Shown here piece by piece: positions 40,082 to 51,241 of a DNA stretch of 64,000 nucleotides. This DNA is from Gammaproteobacteria bacterium (GTDB taxonomy: Bacteria > Pseudomonadota > Gammaproteobacteria > UBA4575), in the NCBI GenBank assembly GCA_965222615.1, contig CBDCUI010000009.1, positions 928,001 through 992,000 on the forward strand. The letters run 5' to 3'. Made by a program: the position numbers and the translations under genes. The notes under the pieces were generated by a model. The model made no database searches, had not been told where the DNA came from, and saw nothing but the letters and a program-made list of their open reading frames with translations. Each line of letters begins with the position of its first letter. Within the stretch, counting starts at the first letter, position 1.

Positions 40082-41767
40082 TTATTCGGCAGAATCTTCT
40101 TTATTTTCTTCGATAGATTCTTTCAATATATCTCCTAAACTCATAGAAGCAGACTCATTCCTGCTGTAATCCTGAACTGCTTCTGCCTCTTCTTGATATT
40201 CTTTTGCTTTGATGGACAACGACACCATTCTAGACTTTTTATCTACACCAATAAATTTAGCTTCAATTTGCTCTCCCTCTTTTAAGACACTGCGAATGTC
40301 TTCAACGCGATCACGAGCCATCTCCGAAGCTTTCAAAATCCCTTCTATGCCCTCAGCGAGGGTTATGGTTGCTGATTTTGCATCCAGTTCGCTAACTGTT
40401 CCGGTAACAATACTACCTTTAGGATGCTCTGCAAGATAGGCCGAAAACGGATCTTTTTCTAACTGCTTAACACCAAGCGATATGCGTTCACGTTCTGCAT
40501 CAACTGACAATACCATAGCGCGAAGTTCATCACCTTTTTTATAACTGCGTACAGCTTCTTCACCTGTCACATTCCAGGCCAAATCAGATAGATGCACTAA
40601 ACCATCAATGCCACCTTCCAGGCCAACAAAAATTCCAAAGTCGGTAATAGATTTGATGACTCCGGTAACTTCACTACCTTTATCATAGCTACTTGCAAAA
40701 TCATCCCAAGGATTAGGTTGACATTGCTTCATTCCCAATGAAATTCTGCGACGTTCTTCGTCAATATCCAGAATCATTACTTCGACTTCATCTCCTAACG
40801 ATACGATCTTTGCAGGGCTAACATTCTTGTTGGTCCAATCCATCTCCGACACATGCACTAGCCCTTCAATGCCCTCTTCAATTTCTACAAAACAACCATA
40901 ATCTGCGATATTAGTAACTTTACCGAAGATGCGTGCACCTTCAGGATAACGACGGTTTATGTCGCCCCATGGATCATCATCCAACTGTTTTAAACCAAGT
41001 GACACTCGTGTTTTTTCTTTATCAAATTTGAGTACTCGCACATTGATTTCGTCCCCTATCGACACAATCTCAGATGGATGCTTTACACGTTTCCAAGCCA
41101 TATCGGTAATGTGCAGCAGCCCATCCACACCACCAAGATCCAAGAATGCGCCGTAGTCAGTCAAGTTCTTTACAATACCTTTAACTACAGCACCTTCATT
41201 TAAAGTATTGATTAACTCTTCTCGTTCCGCGCTGTACTCAGACTCAACTACAGCACGACGCGAAACCACGACATTATTTCGCTTAAGATCGATTTTGATT
41301 ACTTTGAATTCCAGCTCTTTACCTTCGAGATAAGCCGTATCTCGAACTGGACGGACGTCCACTAAAGAACCTGGCAAAAATGCACGCAAATCCCCTAACT
41401 CAACGGTAAACCCACCTTTCACTCTGCCGGTGATAACGCCAGTTATGGTTTCACCCGATTCATGAATATGTTCCAGTTCAGTCCAAGCTCGTGCACGCCG
41501 TGCTTTTTCACGTGATAAAACGGTTTCCCCATAACCATCCTCAAGGGCATCTAAGGCAACTTCAACCGTATCACCCACCTCAACTTCAAGTTCGCCCTTA
41601 TCGGTTTTGAACTGGTCAATTGGAATAATGCCTTCGGATTTTAGTCCAGCATTAACAATCACGGCATCTTTACTGATATCAACCACGGTACCATTGATAA
41701 TACTACCCGGTTGCGTATTGATATTATTTACACTCTCTTCAAAGAGCTCGGCAAAACTTTCACCCAT
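40082..41767 (-). CDS. rpsA: 30S ribosomal protein S1
   Basis: [10 protein letters not shown] and repeated S1 domains ([22 protein letters not shown]). Confidence 0.98.
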   Translation of the reverse strand: MGESFAELFEESVNNINTQPGSIINGTVVDISKDAVIVNAGLKSEGIIPIDQFKTDKGELEVEVGDTVEVALDALEDGYGETVLSREKARRARAWTELEHIHESGETITGVITGRVKGGFTVELGDLRAFLPGSLVDVRPVRDTAYLEGKELEFKVIKIDLKRNNVVVSRRAVVESEYSAEREELINTLNEGAVVKGIVKNLTDYGAFLDLGGVDGLLHITDMAWKRVKHPSEIVSIGDEINVRVLKFDKEKTRVSLGLKQLDDDPWGDINRRYPEGARIFGKVTNIADYGCFVEIEEGIEGLVHVSEMDWTNKNVSPAKIVSLGDEVEVMILDIDEERRRISLGMKQCQPNPWDDFASSYDKGSEVTGVIKSITDFGIFVGLEGGIDGLVHLSDLAWNVTGEEAVRSYKKGDELRAMVLSVDAERERISLGVKQLEKDPFSAYLAEHPKGSIVTGTVSELDAKSATITLAEGIEGILKASEMARDRVEDIRSVLKEGEQIEAKFIGVDKKSRMVSLSIKAKEYQEEAEAVQDYSRNESASMSLGDILKESIEENKEDSAE

Positions 41768-41785
41768 ATTATAATTTAATAGTTC

Positions 41786-42478
41786 CTATGGCTTATGGTT
41801 CTCTGCATCGACTAACGCGACAACACATTGCACTACTTCTTCTATCGATAAATCGGTCGAATCTACAAGTACAGCGTCTGCGGCAGGACGTAGAGGTGAG
41901 ATGGCACGACTCTCATCACGGGAATCTCGCGCTTCTATCTCTTTCAAAAGGTGGTCAAGGCTAGCACTAATACCTTGTTTCTTCAACTGTTTCTGCCTTC
42001 TGATTGCACGCTCCTGCGCACTGGCGGTGAGGTAAATCTTACACTGAGCGTCAGGAAAAACTACTGTCCCCATATCACGTCCTTCCGCTACTAATCCTGG
42101 CATCATTCGAAATGCATGCTGTTTTTCTAGCAATGCGGACCGGACTTCTGGTAATGCAGCCAATTTGGAAGCACGTGCCGCACATTCTTCTGTGCGTAAA
42201 TCCTCAGAAACATCCCTTTGATCAACAAATACGCGCACATTCTCGTTCAAGTCAGTCACTTCAAAACGTATCTGCACACGTTTACACATGGAAATTAAAC
42301 TATCCAAGTCATCAACAGCAATATTCTGCCATTGGCTGCAACAAGCCAGAACTCGATATAAGGCACCACTATCTAAATAGTGATATCCCAAGTTTTCTGC
42401 CAAATGCCTAGCAACAGTACCTTTGCCAGTACCAGCTGGCCCATCAATGGTGACAACTGAAATTACTTTGTCATTCAT
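41786..42478 (-). CDS. cmk: Cytidylate kinase
   Basis: IDGPAGTGKGT, LDSGALYR, EGRDMGTVVFPDA. Confidence 0.97.
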   Translation of the reverse strand: MNDKVISVVTIDGPAGTGKGTVARHLAENLGYHYLDSGALYRVLACCSQWQNIAVDDLDSLISMCKRVQIRFEVTDLNENVRVFVDQRDVSEDLRTEECAARASKLAALPEVRSALLEKQHAFRMMPGLVAEGRDMGTVVFPDAQCKIYLTASAQERAIRRQKQLKKQGISASLDHLLKEIEARDSRDESRAISPLRPAADAVLVDSTDLSIEEVVQCVVALVDAENHKP

Positions 42479-42491
42479 AAACGCACAGGTG

Positions 42492-43799
42492 TTAGCGAAA
42501 CTTTATTCCTAACTGTGTAGCAGTTTGCACAAAATTCGGAAACGAAGTTGCCACATTTTCAACATTTTGAATACGAATTAACTTATTTGCAGCCAACGAA
42601 GCAATAACAAACGACATCGCTACACGATGATCATCACTACTTTCGACTTCTCCCCCCTGTATTTGTCCTCCTACGATATTAAGACCATCTGGTTTTTCCT
42701 CAACAACAATACCTATTTTTTGTAACCCGACTGCCATGGTATGTATACGGTCTGATTCTTTTACACGCAATTCTTCAGCACCGCGTAGTTTTGTCTCACC
42801 TGTAGCACAAGCTGCAGCAATAAATATAATTGGGAGTTCATCAATAGACTTTGTAATTAACGAATTTGGAATTTCTATACCATGTAAACGACTATTCTTT
42901 ATAAAAAGATCTGCAACAGGTTCAGTACCATATGTTCTATGGTTTTTCACTTCGATATTTGCACCCATCATTTGCAAAATTTCAATTACTCCATTACGTG
43001 TTGGATTAATTCCAACGTTTTCAATTACAAGCTCTGCAGATTTTGATATTAATGCACCGACAATGAAAAATGCTGCTGAAGAAATATCTCCAGGAACATC
43101 AAGCTGAGTTGCGAACAACCTATGCTCACCAGTTACACATACTGTATTGTTTTCTATTGTTATTGGATAGGAAAATGCTTGCAACATTCGCTCAGTATGA
43201 TCGCGTGTTTTAATACTTTCTTCTACACAAGTTTTGCCTTGTGCGTACAGACCTGCCAGCAACACACAAGATTTCACCTGCGCACTTGCAATCGGAAGTT
43301 GATAATGAATATCACACAGAAATTTTGCCGGCCGAATATCAATCGGTGGTGTACCTTCATCACTTAAGGCTATAGCAGCTCCCATTTTTTGTAACGGCTG
43401 CTGAATTCTGCGCATGGGGCGCGCAGATAACGATGCATCTCCAATCAATGTTGCAGCAAATTTTTGTCCGGACAAAATTCCTGTCATAAGCCTCATAGCA
43501 GTACCAGAATTCCCCATATCTAATTTGGATTGTGGTGCCTGTAAGCCGTGCAGACCTACTCCATGAACCATGATCTGATTTGACTGGGATTGCTCAATTT
43601 GCACACCCATGTCTCGGAAAGCTTCAATCGTCGCAATGCAATCAGCTGAAGCAAGAAACCCTTTAATTTCTGTAACCCCTTCCGCTACTGCCGCCAACAT
43701 CACTGCACGGTGCGAAATAGATTTATCACCAGGAACGCGAATAGTTCCTCTACATTGGCCGAGCGGCTCAAGTTGATAATCAGAAATGTCCATAGACAA
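42492..43799 (-). CDS. aroA: EPSP synthase
   Basis: PGDKSISHR, GNSGTAMR, ASAQVKS, RVKESDR, DHRVAMSF. Confidence 0.97.
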   Translation of the reverse strand: MSMDISDYQLEPLGQCRGTIRVPGDKSISHRAVMLAAVAEGVTEIKGFLASADCIATIEAFRDMGVQIEQSQSNQIMVHGVGLHGLQAPQSKLDMGNSGTAMRLMTGILSGQKFAATLIGDASLSARPMRRIQQPLQKMGAAIALSDEGTPPIDIRPAKFLCDIHYQLPIASAQVKSCVLLAGLYAQGKTCVEESIKTRDHTERMLQAFSYPITIENNTVCVTGEHRLFATQLDVPGDISSAAFFIVGALISKSAELVIENVGINPTRNGVIEILQMMGANIEVKNHRTYGTEPVADLFIKNSRLHGIEIPNSLITKSIDELPIIFIAAACATGETKLRGAEELRVKESDRIHTMAVGLQKIGIVVEEKPDGLNIVGGQIQGGEVESSDDHRVAMSFVIASLAANKLIRIQNVENVATSFPNFVQTATQLGIKFR

Positions 43800-43816
43800 A
43801 GATAGCAGCGAAAAAA

Positions 43817-44680
43817 CTACGACTTTAAAAGCTTTTCATCGCGCAAACATTTAGCTTGCTTAAACAAATTATAGATCGCTTCTTCGTCTTGCCGCTTAAT
43901 TGCAGTATATAATTTCTCTAGGCAATCTCTAAAACCTTCTATGGATTGTAAAAGCTTTTCTTGATTAGCAATACAAATATCTGCCCACATTGCGGGATCA
44001 CTAGATGCAATGCGCGTAAAGTCTTTAAAACCTCCTGCTGCATAAGCAAATATGCTGTTTGCTTCAGGTCTTTCTCCTAAATAATTTACCAATGTATAGG
44101 CCACAATATGTGGTAAATGGCTAGTTGCTGATAAAATTGCGTCATGCTGTGTTGCCGTCATTTCATCTACTTTTGCTCCAACAGACATCCACATTTTGAT
44201 AATAGCTTCGACTGCTACACGATCAGTTTCGTTAGTTGGAGTTAAAATAACTTTTCTATCCTTAAACAAATTTTCTTGCGCATGTTCAAAACCACTTTGC
44301 TCACTACCTGCAATGGGATGAGCTGGCACATATTTCGAAGGCACTTCACCAAAAACTCTTTCGGCATCATCAAGTATACTGGACTTGGTGCTACCTACAT
44401 CGGTAAGTACAGTATCGGAAGACAAAGTTGATTTGAGTGACACAAATGCTTCTCTCATTTTTTGCACCGGCACTCCAAGCACAACCAAATCGGCATCCGC
44501 TACATTGCAATCTTGTAACAACAGGTATTCATCAATAATTTCCAATGACTGCGCTTGCTTCAATCGTTGTGGGTCTCTACCAATTCCTACAATAGTGTTT
44601 GCAAGCCGTAGACGTTTAAGATCTTTAGCAAGAGAAGCATTAATCAAGCCTACGCCGACAAGACAAACCTTATTAAACAT
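43817..44680 (-). CDS. tyrA: Prephenate/arogenate dehydrogenase
   Basis: GVGLI, TDVGSTK, HPIAGSE, SHLPH, GGFKDFTRIASS. Confidence 0.92.
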   Translation of the reverse strand: MFNKVCLVGVGLINASLAKDLKRLRLANTIVGIGRDPQRLKQAQSLEIIDEYLLLQDCNVADADLVVLGVPVQKMREAFVSLKSTLSSDTVLTDVGSTKSSILDDAERVFGEVPSKYVPAHPIAGSEQSGFEHAQENLFKDRKVILTPTNETDRVAVEAIIKMWMSVGAKVDEMTATQHDAILSATSHLPHIVAYTLVNYLGERPEANSIFAYAAGGFKDFTRIASSDPAMWADICIANQEKLLQSIEGFRDCLEKLYTAIKRQDEEAIYNLFKQAKCLRDEKLLKS

Positions 44681-44685
44681 GTTTA

Positions 44686-45768
44686 CTATAGCGCTGCTCT
44701 TGGATAGGAGCCCAATACTTTAAACAAATCGGCCTCTGCCTTTAACTCTTCAAGTGACGCTTGTATCGCTTTACTTTGGGCATGCCCTTCTAGATCTAGA
44801 AAGAAAACATATTCCCAATTAACACAGTGTGATGGCCTAGACTCAATACGAGTCATGCTCACATTATTTTTTGCCAATGGCTGTAACAAGCTGTAAAGCG
44901 CACCTGGTTTATTACGTGCAGAGATCAGTAATGTCGTTTTATCATCACCTGTTTGCTGCACTTCTTGCTTGCCAATAATTAAAAACCTAGTTGTGTTGTC
45001 TGGCGAGTCTTCTATATTTTTTTTGCACATTACAAGATTATATTCTTGCGCTGCCGTTTCACTAGCGATAGCTGCACTGTTGTCTTCATTACATGCACGT
45101 TGGGCTGCGTCCGCATTACTACTAACCGGCACACGCTTGACACCAGGAAGATTTGCCTCCAACCATTTTTTACACTGAGCTAAGGATTGTTGATGAGAAT
45201 ATAAAACTTGAATGTTGTTTAATTTTTTAACATTGCTTAACAAATGTTGGTGTACACGCAATTCCACTTCACCAACAATTTTTAAAGTCGATTCAAGAAA
45301 CATATCAAGTGTGCTATTCACAATTCCCTGTGTAGAGTTTTCAATCGGCACTACGCCATAATCGGCATTATCGGACTCTACTTCACGAAACACTTCATCT
45401 ATAGAATTTGCCGAAAGCGTACGGATTGAATGCCCAAAATGTTTATAAGCGGCTTCTTCCGTGAAGGTGCCTGCCGGCCCAAGGAATGCCACCTGTAAAC
45501 GCTGCTCCAAGGCCAAACATGCCGACATAATCTCTCTTACCAGCCGCGCCATCTCTTGATTTGAAAGTGGTCCATTATTATGCTCAATCACACGTTTTAA
45601 AATGCTAGCTTCACGATCAGGACGATAGAATTTCGTTGCATCCTGTTCATCCGCCTTCACAGCGGCAACTTTTTGTGCGATTTCCGCGCGTTTACTAATC
45701 AACTGCATTAGCTGTTGATCAATCGAATCAATCTCAGTGCGCAAGGATTCGAGTAATTTTTTATCCAC
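44686..45768 (-). CDS. pheA: Chorismate mutase/prephenate dehydratase (P-protein)
   Basis: LRTEIDSID, LGPAGTF, VPIENS, NTTRF, IESRP. Confidence 0.96.
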   Translation of the reverse strand: MDKKLLESLRTEIDSIDQQLMQLISKRAEIAQKVAAVKADEQDATKFYRPDREASILKRVIEHNNGPLSNQEMARLVREIMSACLALEQRLQVAFLGPAGTFTEEAAYKHFGHSIRTLSANSIDEVFREVESDNADYGVVPIENSTQGIVNSTLDMFLESTLKIVGEVELRVHQHLLSNVKKLNNIQVLYSHQQSLAQCKKWLEANLPGVKRVPVSSNADAAQRACNEDNSAAIASETAAQEYNLVMCKKNIEDSPDNTTRFLIIGKQEVQQTGDDKTTLLISARNKPGALYSLLQPLAKNNVSMTRIESRPSHCVNWEYVFFLDLEGHAQSKAIQASLEELKAEADLFKVLGSYPRAAL

Positions 45769-46062
45769 TTTTAAATTTGAAAATGTAGCTTAAGTATAGA
45801 AATTTTTCAGGCCTAAAATATCACTAATATTTTCGTTGCTAGTATTGTATCTTTGAAGTCTATTTAACGCATAAATTCAATTTTGTCACGCGATGAATAG
45901 GACTATTTCATAAATAGTTTAAGAAATCCCTTTATACAAATGGTTAATAGCATCTCATTTGAGAATATTGTAACAGCATCTATTACTTATGACTTAAGGG
46001 CCATAATGCTATTCTCTATTGTTGCATTTGTCTCGCTTTTAATGAATATGCAAAATGAACAC

Positions 46063-47028
46063 TCAGGCATAAAACTCATCAATAATTTTAAACCTGTCTC
46101 TAGACTCAACACTTTCTAAGTGATCTCGCATGCTAACTAATTGATAATGTTTTTGCAGACTATCAATTACATAATCTAACATCTTTATTTTATGCTCTCG
46201 GCTTAAATCCATTGCTGGGAAAAAAGCCAAGTCTTTATCGTCCTCCGCACCCAAAAAATCTAGTGGATGCAGCAGCATCGATGGTGCTGTATTTGTGAAT
46301 CTATATAGAGCTAGTGCAAAATTAAAATACAATCGAGCAAGAAAATTTGAATATTTACTTAGATAAAGTACGTAACTAACATGAGTGGGTATTTTAATAA
46401 TTGGCATGGTCGTAACAGGAATCTCGAATAAATTACACTCACCCAAATTCCACTGAAAAGGTTTATTTGGTCGTTTACAATCTCGCCAATTCCCAAATAG
46501 CTGTGAGCGCTTTTGCTTTTCTTCTTTACTGAGATCACTTTTCGAAAAGAAATATATTCTTGCCAATGAATTTAATAAGTTTGGAAATACTGAAGCGTCA
46601 TACTTATAACCCAATTCATCCAATACATGTAAAGTATCCTCAGAAAAACTAAATCCAGGTCCTCTGAACCCAATTGGTTTAACGCCTACGGACTGTTGTA
46701 TGCATTGATCCGCTAAAGACAAATCACGTAACAGCTCATTTTTATTATAAGTTTGCAACCAAGGATCATGCATGTAGCTGTGACTACCTATTTCATGTCC
46801 AGCGTCGACAATCATTTTAAGATATTTTTGGTTGTCTACTATTTCTGCGTCTTTACCGACAATGAAAAATGAAATTTTCAAGCTTTTCTTATCAAGATAT
46901 TCTAGAATCCTTGGCACGACAATGTCGAAATAACTTGGGAAACTTTCCCACCTTTTGTCTCCAAGGGTTTTCAGATAACTCCATTTATTATCCAAATCTA
47001 GTGACAGGCTGGCGTAATTTTGCTCCAT
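46063..47028 (-). CDS. Polysaccharide deacetylase (CE4-like)
   Basis: SLDLD, GHEIGSHSYMH, GFRGPGF, YDAS, LLHPLD. Confidence 0.85.
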   Translation of the reverse strand: MEQNYASLSLDLDNKWSYLKTLGDKRWESFPSYFDIVVPRILEYLDKKSLKISFFIVGKDAEIVDNQKYLKMIVDAGHEIGSHSYMHDPWLQTYNKNELLRDLSLADQCIQQSVGVKPIGFRGPGFSFSEDTLHVLDELGYKYDASVFPNLLNSLARIYFFSKSDLSKEEKQKRSQLFGNWRDCKRPNKPFQWNLGECNLFEIPVTTMPIIKIPTHVSYVLYLSKYSNFLARLYFNFALALYRFTNTAPSMLLHPLDFLGAEDDKDLAFFPAMDLSREHKIKMLDYVIDSLQKHYQLVSMRDHLESVESRDRFKIIDEFYA

Positions 47029-48047
47029 TATTTTTCGATTTTAATCGGCATGCCACTACTATTAAGTGATTTTTGCGCTGCATCCAACACCTTTAAAACA
47101 CGCATTCCATCTAAGCCATCTGTCAGAGGCGCTTGGCGTGTCTTCACACAATTCAAGAAATGCTCTGTTTCTATACTTAACGGTTCATGCATTTGAATAT
47201 GAGGTATAGTCACATCACCAAATCGAAGATTTACATACTCAGCATAGGTGTCATATTCCGTATTTGAGTCTGCGCCTTTATCATAAATTCTAAGTTTTTC
47301 ATTCGCGCTAGTATCTTCAAATACCGCCATTTTTTTACTGCCTACCAAAGTAAGACGCCTGACTTTATGTGGATCTAGCCAACTTACATGAATGTGTGCC
47401 AATGATTTTCCATTAAAGTTAAGAGTGGTAAACACAACATCCTCTACACCACTTTGCAAATAGGCTTGACCTGTAGAAGTTACCTCAGTCGGTTCTTCAC
47501 CAAGTAGATACAACACTACCGAAATATCATGCGGAGCAAAGCTCCATAAAGCATTCTCATCACCTCGCACTTTCCCAAGATTTAACCTCTGGCAATAAAA
47601 ATAATAAATATCACCAAACTCATCTTGTTGTATATATTCTTTAAGTTTATTTACAACTGGATGATATTCTAACAAGTGCCCAACCATTAAGATTTGGTCA
47701 TGGTTTTTCGCAAGACTAACTAACTCAGCACCTTCTTCAAGATTTAACACAAAGGGTTTTTCTATATACACATCTTTTCCAGCTAGTATGGCAGATTTCG
47801 CTAAGTCAAAATGAGTTGTTGCTGTAGTAGCAATTACGATAGCCTGTACCGATTCATCATCAAGAATTGTTTGATAATTAAGAGTAAATTGAACGTCCTT
47901 GTATGTTTCACTAAGCGAGATGACTAATTGATCATCTAAATCACAAATATATTTTAAATTTGCATTAGGCGACTGATAGTAATTGCGCACTAAGTTTTTC
48001 CCCCAACCACCAGCACCAATTATTGCAATATTAACTAAATCAGACAT
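47028..48047 (-). CDS. Gfo/Idh/MocA oxidoreductase (WbpB-like candidate)
   Basis: IGAGGWG, VYIEKP, MVGH, APHD. Confidence 0.85.
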   Translation of the reverse strand: MSDLVNIAIIGAGGWGKNLVRNYYQSPNANLKYICDLDDQLVISLSETYKDVQFTLNYQTILDDESVQAIVIATTATTHFDLAKSAILAGKDVYIEKPFVLNLEEGAELVSLAKNHDQILMVGHLLEYHPVVNKLKEYIQQDEFGDIYYFYCQRLNLGKVRGDENALWSFAPHDISVVLYLLGEEPTEVTSTGQAYLQSGVEDVVFTTLNFNGKSLAHIHVSWLDPHKVRRLTLVGSKKMAVFEDTSANEKLRIYDKGADSNTEYDTYAEYVNLRFGDVTIPHIQMHEPLSIETEHFLNCVKTRQAPLTDGLDGMRVLKVLDAAQKSLNSSGMPIKIEK

Positions 48048-48078
48048 TTTATTTATAAATTATGTTTTAAATTACTTG

Positions 48079-49197
48079 TTAAACACTAGCTAGAATTTCT
48101 ACAATTTTCTTTGCCGCTGTCCCATCACCAAAATATTTCTTCGCCTTTAAAACTTTATTATTATTGCATTGCGAATTATCAAAATTAAGTCTATCCATAA
48201 CCTGGAAGACATAATCACAATCTATTCCTGTTAAAGTATTTGCCCCTGCCTCAACTGTCTCTATCCACTCTGTCTCATCACGTAAGGTAATGCAAGGAGT
48301 TCCAACAAAGAACGCTTCTTTCTGAACTCCACCTGAATCCGTTATCACGACACAAGCTTCAGTCAGTAAATTAAGCATGGTTCCATAACTTACCGGGTCA
48401 ATTATTTTTAAGCGATCTAATTGATCTAAATCGATTAACTTTAGCTCATTAACCTTGGCCAAAGTTCTTGGATGCATAGGAAATAGTACCGGTATAAACT
48501 TTTTACTAAATTCGCCCAGAAGTTGAAGAATTTTTCTAAGCTCATCTGTTTGTGTATTAGCAGCTCGATGCACTGTAGCAAGACAATACTCCTGTGGCCT
48601 TACACCGTAATTCTTAAATAAATCAAAATCAGACTTATTTGTATTTTGAAAATTCAACACTGCATCAAGCATTACATCACCAACGAGTTCAGCACGACTT
48701 TCTAGATTTTCATCCTCAAGATTTTGCATAGCATTTTCAGTTGGCGCAAAAAGAATTTCTGAAGTATGATCCGCCACTACCCTATTAACTTCTTCTGGCA
48801 TGTCACGATTAAAACTTCTTAAGCCTGCCTCAATATGAGCAGATGGAATGCTCAACTTTGCAGCAACCAAAGCCCCAGCTAAAGTTGAGTTTGTATCCCC
48901 GTAGGTAAGCACAATATCTGGATGAATTTGTTCAACATATTTCTCAATTTCTATTAACATCTTTGCTGTTTGCTCAGCATGGCTACCAGATCCAACACCC
49001 AAATTAATATCTGGATTTGGCATATCTAATTCATCAAAAAATATTTTTGACATGTTGTCGTCATAATGTTGGCCTGTGTGCAAGACCACACCATGCAACT
49101 TAGTAGAATTATTGTTGTTATATTCTAAAATGGATTTAGAGACTGGGGCCAACTTCACAAACTGTGGTCTTGCCCCAACTATGTGTAAAAGCTTCAT
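48079..49197 (-). CDS. wecB: Non-hydrolysing UDP-N-acetylhexosamine 2-epimerase (WecB/WbpI-like)
   Basis: GARPQFVK, HTGQHY, GDTNST, HIEAGLRS, TDSGGVQKEA. Confidence 0.88.
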   Translation of the reverse strand: MKLLHIVGARPQFVKLAPVSKSILEYNNNNSTKLHGVVLHTGQHYDDNMSKIFFDELDMPNPDINLGVGSGSHAEQTAKMLIEIEKYVEQIHPDIVLTYGDTNSTLAGALVAAKLSIPSAHIEAGLRSFNRDMPEEVNRVVADHTSEILFAPTENAMQNLEDENLESRAELVGDVMLDAVLNFQNTNKSDFDLFKNYGVRPQEYCLATVHRAANTQTDELRKILQLLGEFSKKFIPVLFPMHPRTLAKVNELKLIDLDQLDRLKIIDPVSYGTMLNLLTEACVVITDSGGVQKEAFFVGTPCITLRDETEWIETVEAGANTLTGIDCDYVFQVMDRLNFDNSQCNNNKVLKAKKYFGDGTAAKKIVEILASV

Positions 49198-49325
49198 TAA
49201 TCAAATTTGTTTGGTTGATATTAATTATGATTATTAAATTTAATTAGCAACTGTATCTTTAACCTGAAATTTACAATAGAAGGTTAACTTATAATATATT
49301 AATTGTTTAAATTAATAATTAGATG

Positions 49326-49883
49326 CTAAATTTTTTTAACTTGATCATTTATTTTTTGATAAGTCTTTCCACAATCACAATTAGCAATTTCCTTACTAAA
49401 TATAATTTTACAACCACATTCGCAGATCCAACCTTGCACTCTAGCCGGATTGCCAAATACAACTGCAAAATCAGGTACGTCTTTTGTTACCACCGCACCT
49501 GCTCCTATAAAACAATACCGACCCAAATTTATGCCACATAAAATAGTCGCATTTGCGCCAATCGATGCACCTTTTTTCACCAATGTGCGCTTGTACTCAT
49601 CACGACGAGATACATGACTTCTAGGGTTAATTACATTGGTAAAAACCATGCTCGGCCCACAAAAGACATCGTCTTCCAATTCAACACCCGTATAGACCGA
49701 TACATTATTTTGAATTTTTACATTACTACCCAATTTACAACCAGTAGATATAACAACGTTTTGACCTATATTACAATTCTTACCTATAACACAATCTCGC
49801 ATAATATGTGAAAAATGCCAGACCTTTGTACCTTCACCAATTTCGCAAGGTTCGTCTATGTACGATGACTCATGAATAAACAT
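49326..49883 (-). CDS. Hexapeptide-repeat N-acetyltransferase (WbpD-like)
   Basis: [13 protein letters not shown]...KIQNNVSVY...[14 protein letters not shown]...GNPAR..GWICECG. Confidence 0.88.
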   Translation of the reverse strand: MFIHESSYIDEPCEIGEGTKVWHFSHIMRDCVIGKNCNIGQNVVISTGCKLGSNVKIQNNVSVYTGVELEDDVFCGPSMVFTNVINPRSHVSRRDEYKRTLVKKGASIGANATILCGINLGRYCFIGAGAVVTKDVPDFAVVFGNPARVQGWICECGCKIIFSKEIANCDCGKTYQKINDQVKKI

Positions 49884-49899
49884 AAATACTATTCATTAA

Positions 49900-51210
49900 C
49901 TAATTACTAAAATTAGATTGGATAAATGTTTTAACATTCCTAATTACTTCATTGTTATTTAATGTGTTACTGGTAAATTGAGAAGTATTTAATACCAAAA
50001 AATCTGGATGGCTAGTTCCCACCTTCGGAACATAATCCGAGAAATTTAATACTTGCAATGGTTGTACGTATCTTGCTCTATTTATATAAATTTCATCAAC
50101 ATCATCTATAGGATAAGTAGGAAACATCATCCCTAACCCTTTCAAAAATTGATCTTTTATCACCTGGTCACTTGAGTTAAATAATTGGTCACTGGAATGA
50201 ATATATTTAGGAAAGTAGGTTAAATACTGTCCATTCGTCTCACTCACATCTACTACAGTACTCATCCCAATTACACCAGTAAACGGTATCTCTTCATCCG
50301 CTATATTTGTAACATAAAAATCGACAATAGGTGTTTTAGAAATTGTTACCATGCATATCACCCCAAGATATTCTACAAGCTGTCCAGTTTTATAAGTTTC
50401 GACTAATTCTTGTGAAACAACCTTCTGCATTAATTGGGTAGGTGCTGTAAAAATTACTTTGTCAAACTTCTGCTCATGATGTTCTTTTATCGAATTTTCA
50501 TACTTAATAGATATTGCTTGATTATTTTGAAATATCTTTTCAACAGAAGTATCGGTAAGGAGGCTTCCACCTGCAGAGCATATGAGATCTTCTAATCGAT
50601 TGAATACTGTTTTGTAACCACCTTGAACGTGACCTAATTGTTCTTTGCCTATGGAAGGATCGCGCGCTGAAAAAAGACGTCTTATATAAGTCCAAATAAA
50701 TACGGCTGACACACGTTTGTAATTCTCACCAAGTTTAGCAAGTAATAATGGCATCCAAAATTTTTGTAAAGCCTCTTCACCTGTATATTTACGTAACCAT
50801 GCCTCTACTGGTATAGATTCTAACTTCTTCCAATTTTTAATACGTGTGCAATAAAGTATTCCTAAGACAAGTCTGAATTTCGACCACCAACTAAGCAATG
50901 GAAAAAACAGAAATTCGATATTATTGCTCAAGCTGTACATCTTTTTATTTACAAAATAACCAGTCCTGGTATTTTGCCAATGTAAATTATTCTCTAATCC
51001 TATTTCTTTTATATATGTAATTAAATAACGATCAGAAGGTAAAATCACATGATAAAAACGATCCCAATAAAAATTTCCAAATCGTTGATAGGTGGCAAGC
51101 CCGCCAAGCTGATTCGCACGCTCAAAAACGGTTACTTTATGCCCCATACTTACTAATTGTTCCGCCAATGCCAGGCCAGTTAATCCACCACCCACGATTC
51201 CTATTTCCAT
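49900..51210 (-). CDS. FAD-dependent oxidoreductase (protoporphyrinogen oxidase/mutase-like fold)
   Basis: MEIGIVGGGLTGL...VFER...GGLA...WDRFYHVIL; start placed at ATG 51210 to remove the overlap. Confidence 0.8.
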   Translation of the reverse strand: MEIGIVGGGLTGLALAEQLVSMGHKVTVFERANQLGGLATYQRFGNFYWDRFYHVILPSDRYLITYIKEIGLENNLHWQNTRTGYFVNKKMYSLSNNIEFLFFPLLSWWSKFRLVLGILYCTRIKNWKKLESIPVEAWLRKYTGEEALQKFWMPLLLAKLGENYKRVSAVFIWTYIRRLFSARDPSIGKEQLGHVQGGYKTVFNRLEDLICSAGGSLLTDTSVEKIFQNNQAISIKYENSIKEHHEQKFDKVIFTAPTQLMQKVVSQELVETYKTGQLVEYLGVICMVTISKTPIVDFYVTNIADEEIPFTGVIGMSTVVDVSETNGQYLTYFPKYIHSSDQLFNSSDQVIKDQFLKGLGMMFPTYPIDDVDEIYINRARYVQPLQVLNFSDYVPKVGTSHPDFLVLNTSQFTSNTLNNNEVIRNVKTFIQSNFSN

Positions 51211-51241
51211 TTTTTTCTTTGCCAATCTAAAGTGGCCTACA